64,000 nt of DNA from Tubulanus polymorphus. Taxonomy: Eukaryota > Animalia > Nemertea. The position numbers and the translations under genes were made by a program. The notes under the pieces are model-generated. The model was given only the letters and a program-made list of their open reading frames with translations, had not been told where the DNA came from and searched no databases. Below, piece after piece: positions 40,216 to 54,038 of the stretch (position 1 is its first letter; every line of letters begins with the position of its first letter). Where the stretch lies: assembly GCF_964204645.1 (NCBI RefSeq), contig NC_134027.1, positions 14,664,485-14,728,484 of the forward strand, read 5' to 3'.

Positions 40216-42860
40216 CTTTTCTTATCACTTAACTCTAATCTGATTTCATTTCTAATTGATAATTGTCCAATATTATCTCCCATACTAACCCCGATCTTAT
40301 ACCCTATAATTACCTCACTCCCATCTTCTATTAACCCCCTCTTCTTATGATCCTTGTTTTCTTAGTTCATTGGATATTTCATATCAATGATGTGTTACTG
40401 TAAATGACGGTGTATTGTATGAAAAAAAATATTTAAATAAATATAGTTTGTTGAATCATATTCAGTATTTTTATCCAATTTGTATCAACCTTGTTTTTCC
40501 GTTGATTGGACCACGATCAATTCTTCCAAGGATATAATGCAGTAGTCTCAAAAGTAAGCTAAAAGAAGAATCACAAGTTTCCTTTGAGTCGGTGTAAAAG
40601 GGAATTCGGTAGCAAATGTAAATGAGGATATGCATATTTCATTTTACCAATCCCCCTAAAAAGAAGATTCCAAATAATATTTCACTACAAAATACCATGA
40701 TCTTTTACATTTTGCAATGGACAATAAGAGGTTACAAATCATAATCTGAACAGATTAAGATTTCTTTAACGTTCACCCGATGTTTAAAGTTTATAAGACT
40801 TCATCTAGTACCAGCATAAATTCGTAAACAAAAAGTAAATGTACCTGACACAACAAATCTATGACTTCTGAGTTCCACGTGACATGAGAAAGGCCGGTAT
40901 CAAAATATTCTTGACTGACGCATTAAAGAATTTTTCATCACAAATGTTTATAGGCATCAGTTTTCCACATCTTAAACCCCTGTGTTGCCAACGAGTCAGT
41001 TTTCATAGAGGACCGATATTGTAAAATCAAGGTCATGTCCAGAATTTCGAGTTCCGTAATTGGTAGTGATGATGGTGGTGGTCAAGTGGCGGTATAATAG
41101 TATGGTGGATTATTTCCCTGATAGATATGTTCGGTACGTAGGTAAAAGAAGGCAATTTGACTAGATTTCCTTCAAGTTAACAATTAAACAGGTTAACGCA
41201 CTTTCAAAATTAAGCAAAAGGTTATACTCTGACGAAAATAGACATCCCCGTTTTAAATGAACGGTATAAAACAATACTAGTCAAATTTTGTAGTATTTTG
41301 AATGAAACATGAAGAATGGGACGCCGACAACAATAAACCACATCGATTTTTCAATCAATTTTCACACGGTAGAAATCGTATTTTAGGCATACCCGTACTC
41401 GAGTTGAGAGTAAATTCAGTGTCATTTTATGAAGTGAAAATAAAGTTATAATATGATTATTCTCAAATCAAAATCAAATTGAATAAACTGCATGAAATGA
41501 AACTTCTAAATTGAAGTGAATTTTACAATGGTAGACTTCTTCGGTCATTTCATCCTATTGAATAAGGGCCGGTTGCAGTCAAAATTCGGTTTAGTATAAA
41601 GGTTTCCAGTTTCGCGCCATATTGTAGCGGTCCCCAGGGTCTCCATTGTTACAATAATTTTCACTTTTTTGAAACATGAATTTTGATTGAAAATCAATAA
41701 GCTCTGTTCAGTCCCTTGCATATAGAACGTAATTTTACATATCAACATGAAATGAAATGCAGATTTTTTTTTGTCTGGTGATTCTCGGGTTTTTCGAACG
41801 CAGGAATTGAGAGCAATGGCGATGTCAAAGCAAGGACCGCAATTACAGTGGGACAACAGCTTTTCGTTAAACGAGCTTTCAAACGATTTTTCATGAAAAC
41901 GAAATAAATCCGTGGGTGTCAATGAAAAACAAGCACAAACTATCGTCAGTTGACTCGATGGCCGGTCTGTGTGAAATGTGATTACCTCGGATTTCATACG
42001 TGAAACTGTGATTTTTGCAATATCCTGCGTGAAAACGTGAAAAATCACCAATTTACCCCCCCCCCCCCCATATTAATCTGGATCTTGCGCATCCCCCAAA
42101 CCCCTCAGGGGCGTATCCAGACCCAAATCTAAGTGGTAGCATTCACTGAGTAGGGCGCCTCTCCGAATTTCTTTTACAACGACGAAGTGAGTACCGGAGG
42201 TGCGAAGCTATATTGAGGGGTGTGAGGGCTATTTTAATTTGAAGCCCGGCCCTATCAGAGCATCTAAAATAGCAATCACACAACTTCGTGAAAAGCCACC
42301 AATGTTTTTTTTTTTCATGCTGGCCACCAAATGTCAAGATGAAACTGTCGACATGATATAGGCCATAGATTGGAATTTTTGGAAATAATTCTGCCCTAAA
42401 GGATTTGTAACATTATTTTTGGTGCCCTTTTGATAACTTTTTGCAATATGTCGTGCCCCTTTAAGGGCATATCATAATATGATTGTTAACAATTTGAACG
42501 TGCATTTTCTTGAATATTTGACAATTACTGAGTCGTGCCTGCCACTTTTTAGGACGTTCTTGGTAATATAGATTAGAATGTTTGGAAATTTATACTGCCC
42601 TTCACATGATATTCATGACTTTTGGCGATAAATGTGACTTTCTAAAGAAATTCCCGATTACAATGATACGACTTACTCTCTGAATTACTCTCTGTAGGCC
42701 TACTGACCCGTAAGCACAACTAACACTGGCACCAGGCCGATAAAAGTGCAACAAACAAATTTACGTTTGTTCAATATTTCATACACAACGCACCGTAAGA
42801 AATCGCCGATTATGTGACATTTACCGGTATATTCATGAGCTGGACGGCTTCAGGTCAGAA

Positions 42861-43421
42861 GTGGAGGAACTTATCGATTTTAGAGTCGATAGCCTAAAAA
42901 AAGAATTTCAAGGCCAGATGAAAATAGTACATGAAAAGCTTGAAACTGGTGCGAATGACATCCGGAAACACGAGGCAAAATTCAAATCGATCGATGATGT
43001 TGAGGCTGCCCGCGTGTGCAGAGATACCGCAAAAGAAAAACCAGAAATCAGTGATAAGCTCACGCAGGTCGAAAGGGGGCTTATCGACCAAGATTCGCGG
43101 AGTCGCAGAATCAATCTGGTTTTCTTGGGCGTACCAGAGAGCGATGGAGAAGTATGTTCAGAAAAACTGCGTAGTGAACTCATTAATACAGTAAAACTCG
43201 ACAAAGATTATGTAAGTGGTATACGCTTTCACAGGTTTCATCGTAACGGCCCATACAGACATAATTTTACCCGATCAATCACTGCTGCATTTGTTCTGTA
43301 TGAGGATAGACAGTATGTTTTTCAGTCGCGTTTCAACATCAGTAGGGGATTAAAACTAAAAATATTAGAGGATTTCCCGCGCGAAATAAGAGAAGAGAGG
43401 AAGCTGTTACGCAAAGCGTGA
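42861..43421 (+). pseudogene. LINE ORF1 (L1-type coiled-coil/RRM-like)
   Basis: SRSRRINLVFLGVPE, RFHR, ITAAF, ILEDFPREIREERKLL; lies directly upstream of APE-RT ORF2. Confidence 0.8.
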
Positions 43422-44534
43422 CGAACTAAAAAAAACAAAGCATCGCATTTGTTTCTTATGACAAGCTCGTCACCGATAGCGCTGTCTTAAAAGTGAATGC
43501 AGGAAAAATCGTCAAAATTAAAGATCGAGCTCCGATCAGCTCAAAAAAGGCAAAACCGAGTACACCGTGGAAACCTTTGAAACTACGCCCGACCGACCCT
43601 CGTCTAGAACCACCACAATCGGGGATTTATAAGAGTACCAGTGGAGTGGACAATAGTGATGCAGTGGAAGGTAATCTGATGTATTTTGGAACAAATAACG
43701 AGAACTCAAACCACGACCGTTTACGCGCATCAGGACCGAGCAGAATGTCAATCGATGAATTATTATCGGATCTGAACGGCAGGCCTGACTGCAATGAGGA
43801 ACCTCTTATGCCTGCTCCCGAGGAAATAATCGAGATCCAACGCCGTTATCCGGTAAATGTAAATACGATTGTTCGCGACAATTCAAATATCGAGCCTGTT
43901 CGTGAAACGCGTAGGATCAAGCCGAGCCAGATAATAGCAATTCTAGTTCGACCGACAATCGTTTTATCGTCGCCTGTCTAAATCTATGTGGCCTTAGATC
44001 TAAGGCAAATTGCGAAGAATTTCAACTATTTTTTAAAAGCGTAGATTTACTAGTTTTAAACGAAACTAAACTAGACGATACGGATGATCTTTGGGTTACT
44101 AATTATTTTGAAAACCTAGGATTTTATTGTATTCCTAACTATAGGTTGAAATATAAGACTCGAAAGTCTGGTGGAATAGCCATAATATATAAAAAATGTC
44201 TAATTAATCATATAAAATGTATTGAAAAATCGTGTAATTTTGTACAATGGGTCAAAATTCATGGTAATATTTTCGGATTGTCTAAAGATCTTGTAATTGG
44301 AGGAGTCTACATTCCACCAGAGGGTAGTATTTATAGCGGTTTACAACTTTTTGATGACCTCGACACAGAAACTATAAGTATTAAATCAAAATATGAATGT
44401 TATATTTGTCTGTGCGGCGATTTCAACGCGCATACGAATGAGTTACCTGATTATTCATTTTATAACCTTCCTGAGAATGAAACAATTTTTGAAGATGATA
44501 TGATAAATTACTACGAACTATCCCGATTAGGTAT

Positions 44535-45808
44535 TGATCCGCAGCAAGATTTCGTAGTAGCTAAAAAATGTTTGTAATGTTGATTTCCTGAATGCGTTGG
44601 TGGTTATTAATGGTTTCAGACAACAAACGTAGTAAGATGTAGTAAGCAGGTTGTTGTTTGATGCTTTGATCTATCAGCGCTGACCATAAATCAGCCTGGT
44701 GTAAAAATAATTCTTTCTCGGTTCTTCTGCTGCGTTATCTGGCAAACATTCAGAAATCTTTTTATAAACTTAAGAATAGACGGAACCGTATTTGGTCGGA
44801 ACAATGGGTTGCATTTATTATGTGGCTGGTGAAAGAATCCCGCTGTTACTTCATGATACTCCCGACTACTTTCTATAAAAAGAAAAACGGAAGTATGGGG
44901 AGATATTGTTGTTTTGCTTTATGCCGTATTGTAATCAAATTTATTTAGTATAACAGTTATAGAATGATTTCAAGAAAGATAATGGATCATAATGAAGTTC
45001 CGAATCAAAAGTATTTATAATAATTCAAAAAGAAATAATCAGTGGTACCGTAATCTGAGACAAATACTATAGGTTCAAGAATATATTTAATTTGAATATC
45101 CTAGATGTTAATTGAGAACAAAGTCTCTATAATCGCTAAAGTTTTAAGAAAATTAATTTGTGTTAAATGATAATACTAGCTCTCTAAAGTTTCTCTTGTT
45201 GTATACGTCTGTTGGTAACTCGCAGAGAAAAGCTGTTTTCTCAACGATGATAAGTAAGGAGTGAGTAAATCATTCCGCGTCATGACAGGAGGGTTGGAAG
45301 GAAAAAGTTAGTTTAGCAAATCAGTTTTGAAAATAATTTTTAGATCAGCGAATCATTAAGGCTAAATTCTATATGACCAAAACAGTCATGACAGTAAGGT
45401 TGCTGCTCCTTGCCAAAAGTCGAGTGGGAGAGCCGGTATTTTAAGAATGCCGATTCTTTCTATAAAAGGGACCCGCATCTTGAGAGAGCAGACACTCGGT
45501 AGTCACTCGGGAGACACTCAAGAGACACTCGTAGATACTTGTTAAAAGCTGGTCTGGGACTTGATTCAGGACGGGTTACCAACAGGAGAGTGCAATAGGA
45601 ATTTAGAGCTAGGATTTGGATTGTGTTGAACTGGAGAACTGTGTTTGAATATTAAGGTAAATAAATTCATCTTGTATTGTTATATCCATTCAAAATTTCC
45701 GGTATTCTAGTTTTACTTGGGTTTGTGCGCGGACACGTTCTCTCGCCAGGGACCGATTATTGCTTTTATTAATTAACGACTAAGGAGAGGATTGTGACCG
45801 GCGTATCA
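44535..45808 (+). mobile_element. Solo LTR (Gypsy-type, 1274 bp) inserted in the LINE endonuclease
   Basis: TG...CA ends; GTAT 4-bp TSD (44531-34, 45809-12); TATAAAAG at 45461; AATAAA at 45660. Removal restores RLGILNRKNLDVSVNNWG. Confidence 0.92.
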
Positions 45809-47402
45809 GTATTCTGAACAGAAAGAATTTAGATGTATCTGTGAATAACTGGGGGTATCGACTACTTGATTTATCTAAGTCACATAATTTATGTATTTTA
45901 AATGGAAGGGTAGGAAGGGATAAATTATTAGGTAATTTCACTTGTGTTAAAGGGGATCAACACCATACTATTGATTATTTTATTGCATCGCCAGAACTCT
46001 TGGCAAAATGTTTACAATTTGAGGTCTCGGCATTTAATGAACTCTTTTCTGACGTGCATTGTCCTGTATCATGCACGATCGAGCGCACCTTACAAGTACA
46101 TGTTAATAACAGTTCAGATCTGAATAACGTTGGTGCCCCCAATAAAAGAAAAATTTTATGGAAGAATGAGAATGCTCAGAAATTCAACGAGGCTTTGCAG
46201 AATATGAACCTATTATCAATGATCTGCTTGTAAATAAAATAGATTGTAGTATAGGAGTTAATCGCCTATGCGAATCTATACTTAAGGAAGCTGAATCATC
46301 AATGGGTAGTAAACTAATAACTCAAAGTAAAAGACCGGTAGTCAATTCTTTTAGCTATGATAAATCAATTAAAGAAAAGCAAATAATTTACAGAAGAGCA
46401 ACGAGGCGCTATAAGCTAAATAAAAATGCTGAAAACTGTCTTAATCTCAATGCTGCGGCGAGAGGGTATAAGAAGTCAATACGGCGAAAACAAAACCAAG
46501 ACATAATGTCTCATAATAAGAAATTACGTGCAATGAAAAACTCTGACCCGAAGAGCTATTGGAAATATTTCCAAAAACCAAAATCTAAATCATGCAAAGC
46601 CTCGTTGGACGATCTTTTTACACATTTTAGCCAATTAAATGATAATACCGACGAGGGGAATGCCGATGATCTATTTGATATTAATGATTTTGTCAATAAT
46701 GTAAACGACGATTCTTTAAACAGACCCATATCCATTGACGAAATTTCAAAGTGTATAAAATCTCTAAAGAATAATAAGTCATCTGGTGTTGATGAGATAA
46801 TTAATGAATACTTTAAAACAGGGGAGAACATTTATCAATTATATCCTAGATACTGGCAACATGCCAGAAAAATGGTTACTAGGGGTTATAACACCAATTA
46901 ATAAAAAATAAAGGGAAGCAGGATGACCCTAATAATTATAGGGGTATTACTCTTTTGAGTTGCTTAGGTAAGCTTTTTTCGGGTATACTTAACAATCGCT
47001 TGAATGAATTTTTGGAAAGAAATAACCTCCTGAATGAAAACCAAGCGGGCTTTAGGAAATTTCACTGCATAAATGACCATATTTTTACTCTTAAATCGGT
47101 TATCGACTTATTTATCATTAATAAAAAGAAATTGTACTGTGCTTTTATCGACTATCAAAAAGCATTCGATACTATATGGAGAAAAGCTCTATGGCATAAA
47201 CTTATCATGACGGGTATTTCAGGTAAATGCCTTAAGGTAATACAAAATATGTATCAACAAATAAAATCCGCCATACAAGTTAACGGTAAAATTTCTGAAC
47301 AATTTCCTAGATACACGGGTCTGAGACAGGGTGAGAATTTATCGCCAGTTCTTTTCTCCATATACGTAACGAGCTTGAAAATTATCTCTATTCCCAGGGA
47401 TG

Positions 47403-47782
47403 TGTAACCAGCTGGTTGTTGTATCGGCAGGCTGGCTGGGGAACTAGCATTTACACCAGCGGTACAGGATTCTATCCATCAGGAACAACAAGGCAGTTAA
47501 ACCTTATATGTACAATCTTTATTGCATCCCGGAATGAGAATGATTATCATAGCTTTACATAGTCTTCATATACAGAATCATGAGTATAATGTGAGAACTA
47601 GGTGTCAGACAAGTTGTAGACATCAGGACTCACAAACAAACACCTAGTGACATGTTTGAGAGACATTGATTAATTATCGATGAGCACTGACTATAGCTAA
47701 TTATCGTGAAAACATGTTGAGTAATGTCACATGTTGATTACGACCTTAAAGCACATATTGACACTAGTCATAAGTTATATTA

Positions 47783-47824
<42 letters not shown>

Positions 47825-49484
47825 CATTAATAGTTAGTAGAGCTATGAAATATTATGAACTGTTGGATATGACATTGTAGATCTATATGATTATGAAATA
47901 TGCAAATTATATCAGGGTCACAGATGCCCCTTGTCCAATTAAATTTGGTCCTCCAAATTTGCGGAAAACGCAGATGGTATAAGTTCATTAAAACTCCTTC
48001 CACTGCGAGAACGTATAATGAGTTTCACCGCGCGAAAATGTGCAAATGCTGGACAGTAACATCCGGATGATTAGTCATTCACGAGAGTCACATGTTGTCG
48101 TTATATACGGTCAATGCGATGATACGTTAACTGTAATTATCTGCAAAGGATCACCGAATGCTGGCTGATTCTGCGACGAAGGAACAGAGGTAACGACGTG
48201 TTGTGTAGTTATAGAGTCCGGTTGGTGATTGCAAGTAGTACTGGTACGCATATCTCCGTTTTGAAGATCTTCCGATTACTGACTGGAAATAACTTCATGA
48301 CACAATGATAGTAACATGCAACATCTGACATCAGAGCAGTGTTCAGGCAATGACACCACACAAATACAGTTACCCTTGTCAACCAAAAGAAAAAAAACTG
48401 ATCATTATCCAAAAAAGTGGTCAGAAGTAAATAAAGAATAACCATAGTAATTGAGCAAAGATGACACCACCAGCATAATTGAACTGTATTAACACTTATC
48501 ATCGCAGTCTCAATTAATCCACGTTATATTATATCATTGATAAATTCATACCGTACTGCACACTCATCTCAGTTATGTCTCGTATCAGATTTACAATGAC
48601 GTTATTTGCGTGTTCTCTACGAATGATTTCATGTACTTCACTTAAAACGACTATCGCTGATATTCATATGATATCCGGGAAACTTAAGAAAACCTACCGT
48701 AACTATTGAGTTTCGACGGAATTGATTTCAAATGCGAAGCGTACTGACTCTGTATGCCAGGAGGTGTTTCATACCAAGGCAGCCATAAAGGTGGAGCAAA
48801 GCGCCCAAATAGAACATAATATTCTAAGACACCCTGGTCGTTGAAACGAGTTGATACGGCCCTAGTGGCTAACGGTCCGCCGAATTTTCTGAGTTCAATT
48901 TCGGTGGGAGGCTTTTCATTCGCAGAAATGACATGATTAATACCCCATAGCTGTTCGAGAGTTTTTCCATAATCACTTATTTCAAACCAATCGCGATTCG
49001 ATGCCCTGTACCATGGACTGCCATATGATAATATTTTACGAATAGCACATTATTCTGAAAGTTAGTGGCAACTATAGTTTCTCCCTTGAATGCTTTGAAC
49101 TCTGTACCGCTGGTGTAAATGCTAGTTCCCCAGCCAGCCTGCCGATACAACAACCAGCCGGTTACAGAATTCTATCCATCAGGAACAACAAGGCAGTTAA
49201 ACCTCATATGTACAATCTTTATTGCATCCCGGAATGAGAATGATTATCATAGCTTTACATAGTCTTTATATACAGAATCATGAGTATAATGTGAGAACTA
49301 GGTGTCAGACAAGTTGTAGACATCAGGACTCACAAACAAACACCTAGTGACATGTTTGAGAGACATTGATTAATTATCGATGAGCACTGACTATAGCTAA
49401 TTATCGTGAAAACATGTTGAGTAATGTCACATGTTGATTACGACCTTAAAGCACATATTGACACTATAGTCATAAGGTATCTTA

Positions 49485-49563
<79 letters not shown>

Positions 49564-49654
49564 AGTTAGTAGAGCTATGAAATATTATGAACTGTTGGAT
49601 ATGACATTGTAGATCTATATGATTATGAAATATGCAAATTATATCAGGGTGACA
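47403..49654 (-). mobile_element. Non-autonomous LTR element (LTRs 47403-47922 and 49103-49654; ~1.18 kb noncoding interior) inserted in the LINE RT
   Basis: TG...CA ends; GATG TSD (47399-402, 49655-58); minus-strand PPT-like aatttggaggaccaaattt...ggacaaggggcatc before 47922; minus-strand AATAAA 47518-23; (TTA)n in both LTRs. Confidence 0.88.
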
Positions 49655-50735
49655 GATGTAAACCTGTAGAGTTCTTTTTAAACGACGACATTGAGCCCTG
49701 GCTACGCCTATTAGTTCTCCTGTATGCGGATGATACTATATTATTATCTGATAGTCGAGAAGGACTACAGAGCCTTTTAAATGCGGTTTTTTGTTATTGT
49801 AACAAGTGGAAATTATCTATTAATATTAACAAAACGAAAGCACTAGTTTTCGAAAGAAGGAAATCATCAGCTACCTGGTCGTTTTATGTCGGTGGCATCA
49901 TTCAATTACACCGGTTCTTTTGCGAAGTGTAAAAATCTATATGTGACCAAGCTAAAAAAGCATGTTTTGTACTTAAAAAGGTACAGGAGCAATCCATCGA
50001 TGTAGACATTGCCTTTCAGCTTTTTGACGCCATGGTGTCATCAGTTTTATCTTTCGGTTGTGAGACTTGGGGTCATGAAAATATAGAAATGATCGAAAAG
50101 GTTCATTTTGCAAATATTTACTTCGTCTAAAAAGGTCAACACCAAATGTTATGACTTATGGGGAAACGGGGCGATTCCCAATGGAAATTCTAATAAAGAC
50201 GAGAATAGTTAAATTTTGGGGTAACCTAATAATGAAAAGGAAGACATTCGCGGGTAGAATTTACCAAGTACTATATAACAATTATCTCAATAAGAAAAGC
50301 ACAAAGTGGCTATGTTTCGTGAAGCGAACACTAGAAGAGTGTGGATTGTTTGCGGGGCGGATGGTATTTTACGAGAAATTTTTTGAAAAGGGCACTTGAC
50401 AAATTTAACTGGCCGCACGTGCTGCAGGTGCAACCACCTGGATCCGTTCCTGCCCCTCAGGGGCCAGGGGTTTCACCGCCATTTTTTTACACTGAGCATT
50501 GAGAAGACATCAAAATTTCAAAAGATCAATATAATTTGTAATATTATGAACATTTTATTATGATGATAAGTTCCCTTAATTTTTATGAAAATGGATTTGG
50601 AATGCTGAGGCGTTGTAGCATTGGAAAATTAAAGGACTTCTTGTAATAAAGGAATTCTGTGTTGCAAAGACCTTATTGAGAGCCTGCTGCATGCGTTTCA
50701 ACGGAATATACCGCTCATGGGAGAAGAAAATACAG

Positions 50736-52891
50736 GGTTGAAAACTGCAAAACTGGGAGTTTATCCTGTGAAACAGCGTATCAATTGGGGACGGATCCAT
50801 ATAGGTTCCCTTTTACATAGCGGAATTTGATATCAGTAAGGTGTGGTCATGTTTTCCAGCAAGAAGGTTGAGATTCAGTGAATTTATCGCATGCACGATG
50901 CCACAGAATGTGGGATTGCGAGAGAAACGTACGGCATGTTATCGACATGAACTTTTGAATTGACCCCACTACCTCTAAAATGCTGTGTACCTAATCACCT
51001 GGATCCGGTTCCATAGTTGTGGGTTAGAGTTAACTCTGAGTTAAGATTAGTTCATTTTCAATGTTATAACTCGGGGTCAAATCTTAACTCACGACTGTGG
51101 AACCGGGCCCTGAACACGAAGTCGGTGCGTGACATTCCCAACTGCACCGTTCACACTTCAATAGCGGGCCAAACTAGATTCATTCCCGCGCCAAGTACAG
51201 TACACGCAAAGGGATTCAAACTTAGAAATCTGCTCATGGAAAATATGAATAACAATTTAAAGATTTGTTTTTTTAAATTTCAATGTTCAGTGAATTTCCT
51301 CTGCGCGTAATCTCAAACTCAAGCGATTAAGATCCTCATCGGAAAAGATCTTCAAGAAAGTTGAAAAGAAATTTAAGGGCCAAATTCTAAATAACGGTCT
51401 TTAAAACCCTCAAAAATGGGAAAGCTTTAACAGATAGAGAAATCGTTAGCTAATGACTTGTTGGGGCGTTTAACCAGTCGTAAAACTTAGTTTAGCGGCT
51501 AGGGGTACCGGTTCCTAATTTCATTCCAAGGCTACCATCGGTTCGATTGAAATAAGCAAATGTAAAGGTTGCTCTATTTACCCGAGTAATCTACAATTAT
51601 TGTAGTGATGAAATAAATAACCTCCGCCGAATCCATGTTTCGGTACCACCTGAAGGCGTCAAACGACCCCTTATATGTTTTTTTCGGTTTAAAGAAGCTC
51701 AAATGCTTGGAAATTGTATATTATGCAATTTTCAAAATCTTCCTGGGGTAGGGCCCGCACACCTTTCGCTTCGTGCCTTCGGCGCTCGCCCCTGATGGAT
51801 ATTGCCTCTTTGCATTAATTATTGCTCTTTTCATCAGGTGCTACCTGTCGTCCATATGCCCTGATCCTGAGTTTTTTTAAATATGTTTTGGACTTTGTTG
51901 TGCGTTTCAACTCAAATGTACCATCGTGTTTGAGAAAAAATACAGGTTTTGATGTTTTGGAGTATTGTATACCGGTGTCGCTTGGTTGAAAGCTGCAAAA
52001 CTGAGAGTTTACCCTGTGAAACAGCGTATCAAATGGGGACGGATCCATATAGGTTCCCTTTTACATAGCGGAATTTGATATCAGTAAGGTGTGGTCATGT
52101 TTTCCAGCAAGAAGGTTGAGATTCAGTAAATTTATCGCATGCACGATGCCACAGAATGAGGGATTACGAGAGAAACGTACGGCATGTTATCGACATGAAC
52201 TTTTGAATTGATCCCACTCCCTCTAAAATGCTGTGTACCTAATCACCTGGATCCGGTTCCAGTTGTGGGTTAGAGTTAACTCTGAGTTAAGAATAGTTCA
52301 TTTTCAATGTTTTAACTCGGGGTCAAATCTTAACTCACGACTAGACTGTGGAACCGGGCCCTGAACGCGAAGTCGGCGCGTGACATTCCCAACTGCGCCG
52401 TTCACACTTCAATAGCGGGCCAAACTAGATTCATTCCCGCGCCAAGTACAGTACACGCAAAGGGATTCAAACTTCGAAATCTGCCCATGGAAAATATGAA
52501 TAACAATTCAAAGATTTGTTTTTTTAAATCTCAATGTTGAGTGAATTTCCTCTGCGCGTAATCTCAAACTCAAGCGATTAAGAACCTAATCGGAAAAGAT
52601 CTTCAAGAAAGTTGAAAAGAAATTTAAGGGCCAAATTCTAAATAACGGTTTTTAAAACCCTCAAAAATGGGAAAGCTTTAACAGATAGAGAAATCGTTAG
52701 CTAATGACTTGTTGGGGCGTTTAACCAGTCGTAAAACTTAGTTTAGCGGCTAGGGCTACCGGTTCCTAATTTCATTCCAAGGCTACCATCGGTTCGATTG
52801 AAATAAGCAAATGTAAAGGTTGCTCTATTTACCCGAGTAATCTACAATTATTGTAGTGATGAAATAAATAACCTCCGCCGAATCCATGTTT
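50736..52891 (+). repeat. ~905-bp direct duplication (50736-51640 and 51984-52891), each copy with a ~110-bp hairpin MITE (51001-51110; ~52249-52360)
   Basis: Near-identical sequence from ggttgaaa.ctgcaaaactg to cctccgccgaatccatgttt; MITE TIR ccggttcca.agt.gtg / cacgactgtggaaccgg. Confidence 0.92.
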
Positions 52892-54038
52892 TGTTTCTTA
52901 GAGCTTGCCCTTTTTTCTTTTTCTAGTACTGCGGTGTAACTCTTCATTCAATTAGTATCAATCGGTCTTCAATTAACTGCCAAATGATCGGTACTTTTCA
53001 TAAATCTAATGTATCAAAAATTTGTGATTTTTAACCAGAGTTTTCAGAATTCTTCATTGACTTTTGCTATTCACCAGCGGGCCAAACATGGATCCCGAAA
53101 CCTAAACAGCTGGAAAAACTTATTGAGCTGTTTTTGGGAAGGAAACAGTTTTCAGCTGTAAAGCTCAGAAACCAATCATCTGAATGCACCAAGGCCTAAA
53201 GATTTCAAAATCTCCTGGAAGAGGGCCCAGATTAGACCCCTGATTCATCCGTCTACAATAGGTTTGGATCCGCCGCTGCTGTCTATCTTAAAATTATGCC
53301 TTTTCACTGTGATGAAGTTTGAATCCTGTGTGCATAGGCATGCAATGCTGGATCAATGCATGGGGATCATAACTTGTTAAAAAAGCTTATTATGTCTTGA
53401 AATTCTATCCGGCACTGGTTCAACTGAGAGGCCTTTTAGCGGGTATCACGAAAAAGAATGATGATATGAATGATATGAAGAGATATTTTGAATTTAATAC
53501 GCACTATCATGGTCATGACGATCTTGAACTTTAAATTGAGCTAACATATAGGCATTTTTCAATATTTGCTCAAATCTCATACTTTATCTAAGATAAAAAA
53601 AATCTAAAATACCCTACTGACCTGCACTTAGCGACGATTCATGCAAACACTAAGCCACTTTCACTATTAGTCACGAAACGCCGACAGCCCACTTAAATCA
53701 TCGTGCCACCTCACCCGATTTCTTTTTTAGTATAGTGCGCGGATATTCTCACTCGGCACGATTCTTACTTGGCACGCAACAGATGCCAAGTGGGGAAATT
53801 CGCCTAAAGATGACCATGTTTCTGTGATCTAAAATCTAGATGATAGTGATCTGTAATCTATAAATGAAAGGCTTACTGGCATGTGCGCACACGATTGCTA
53901 TATCAATACATGATAGTTATGGTAAACATGTCCTATGAACTTTGATTTAGAATTGTATTGATTAAGTGAATAGTTAACCGATAAGCTAGATATGATATGA
54001 GGCTTAGAAGACAGTAGCACACCATTTCGGTTGTAAGA

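Larger units (their letters stand above)
43960..50399 (+). pseudogene. Non-LTR retrotransposon ORF2 (APE endonuclease + RT; RTE-X-like), fragmented and 3'-truncated
   Basis: LNETK, SGGIAI, GVYIPP, LCGDFNAHT, TIDYF, SDVHCP; NENQAGFR, AFIDYQKAFD, GLRQGENLSP, LYADD (~49720), YGETGRFP. Interrupted at 44535-45808 and 47403-49654. Confidence 0.9.

Noticed and set aside
49424-49612. Poly-Leu ORF resembling a membrane or signal peptide
   Set aside because: Translation of the (TTA)n tract inside an LTR.
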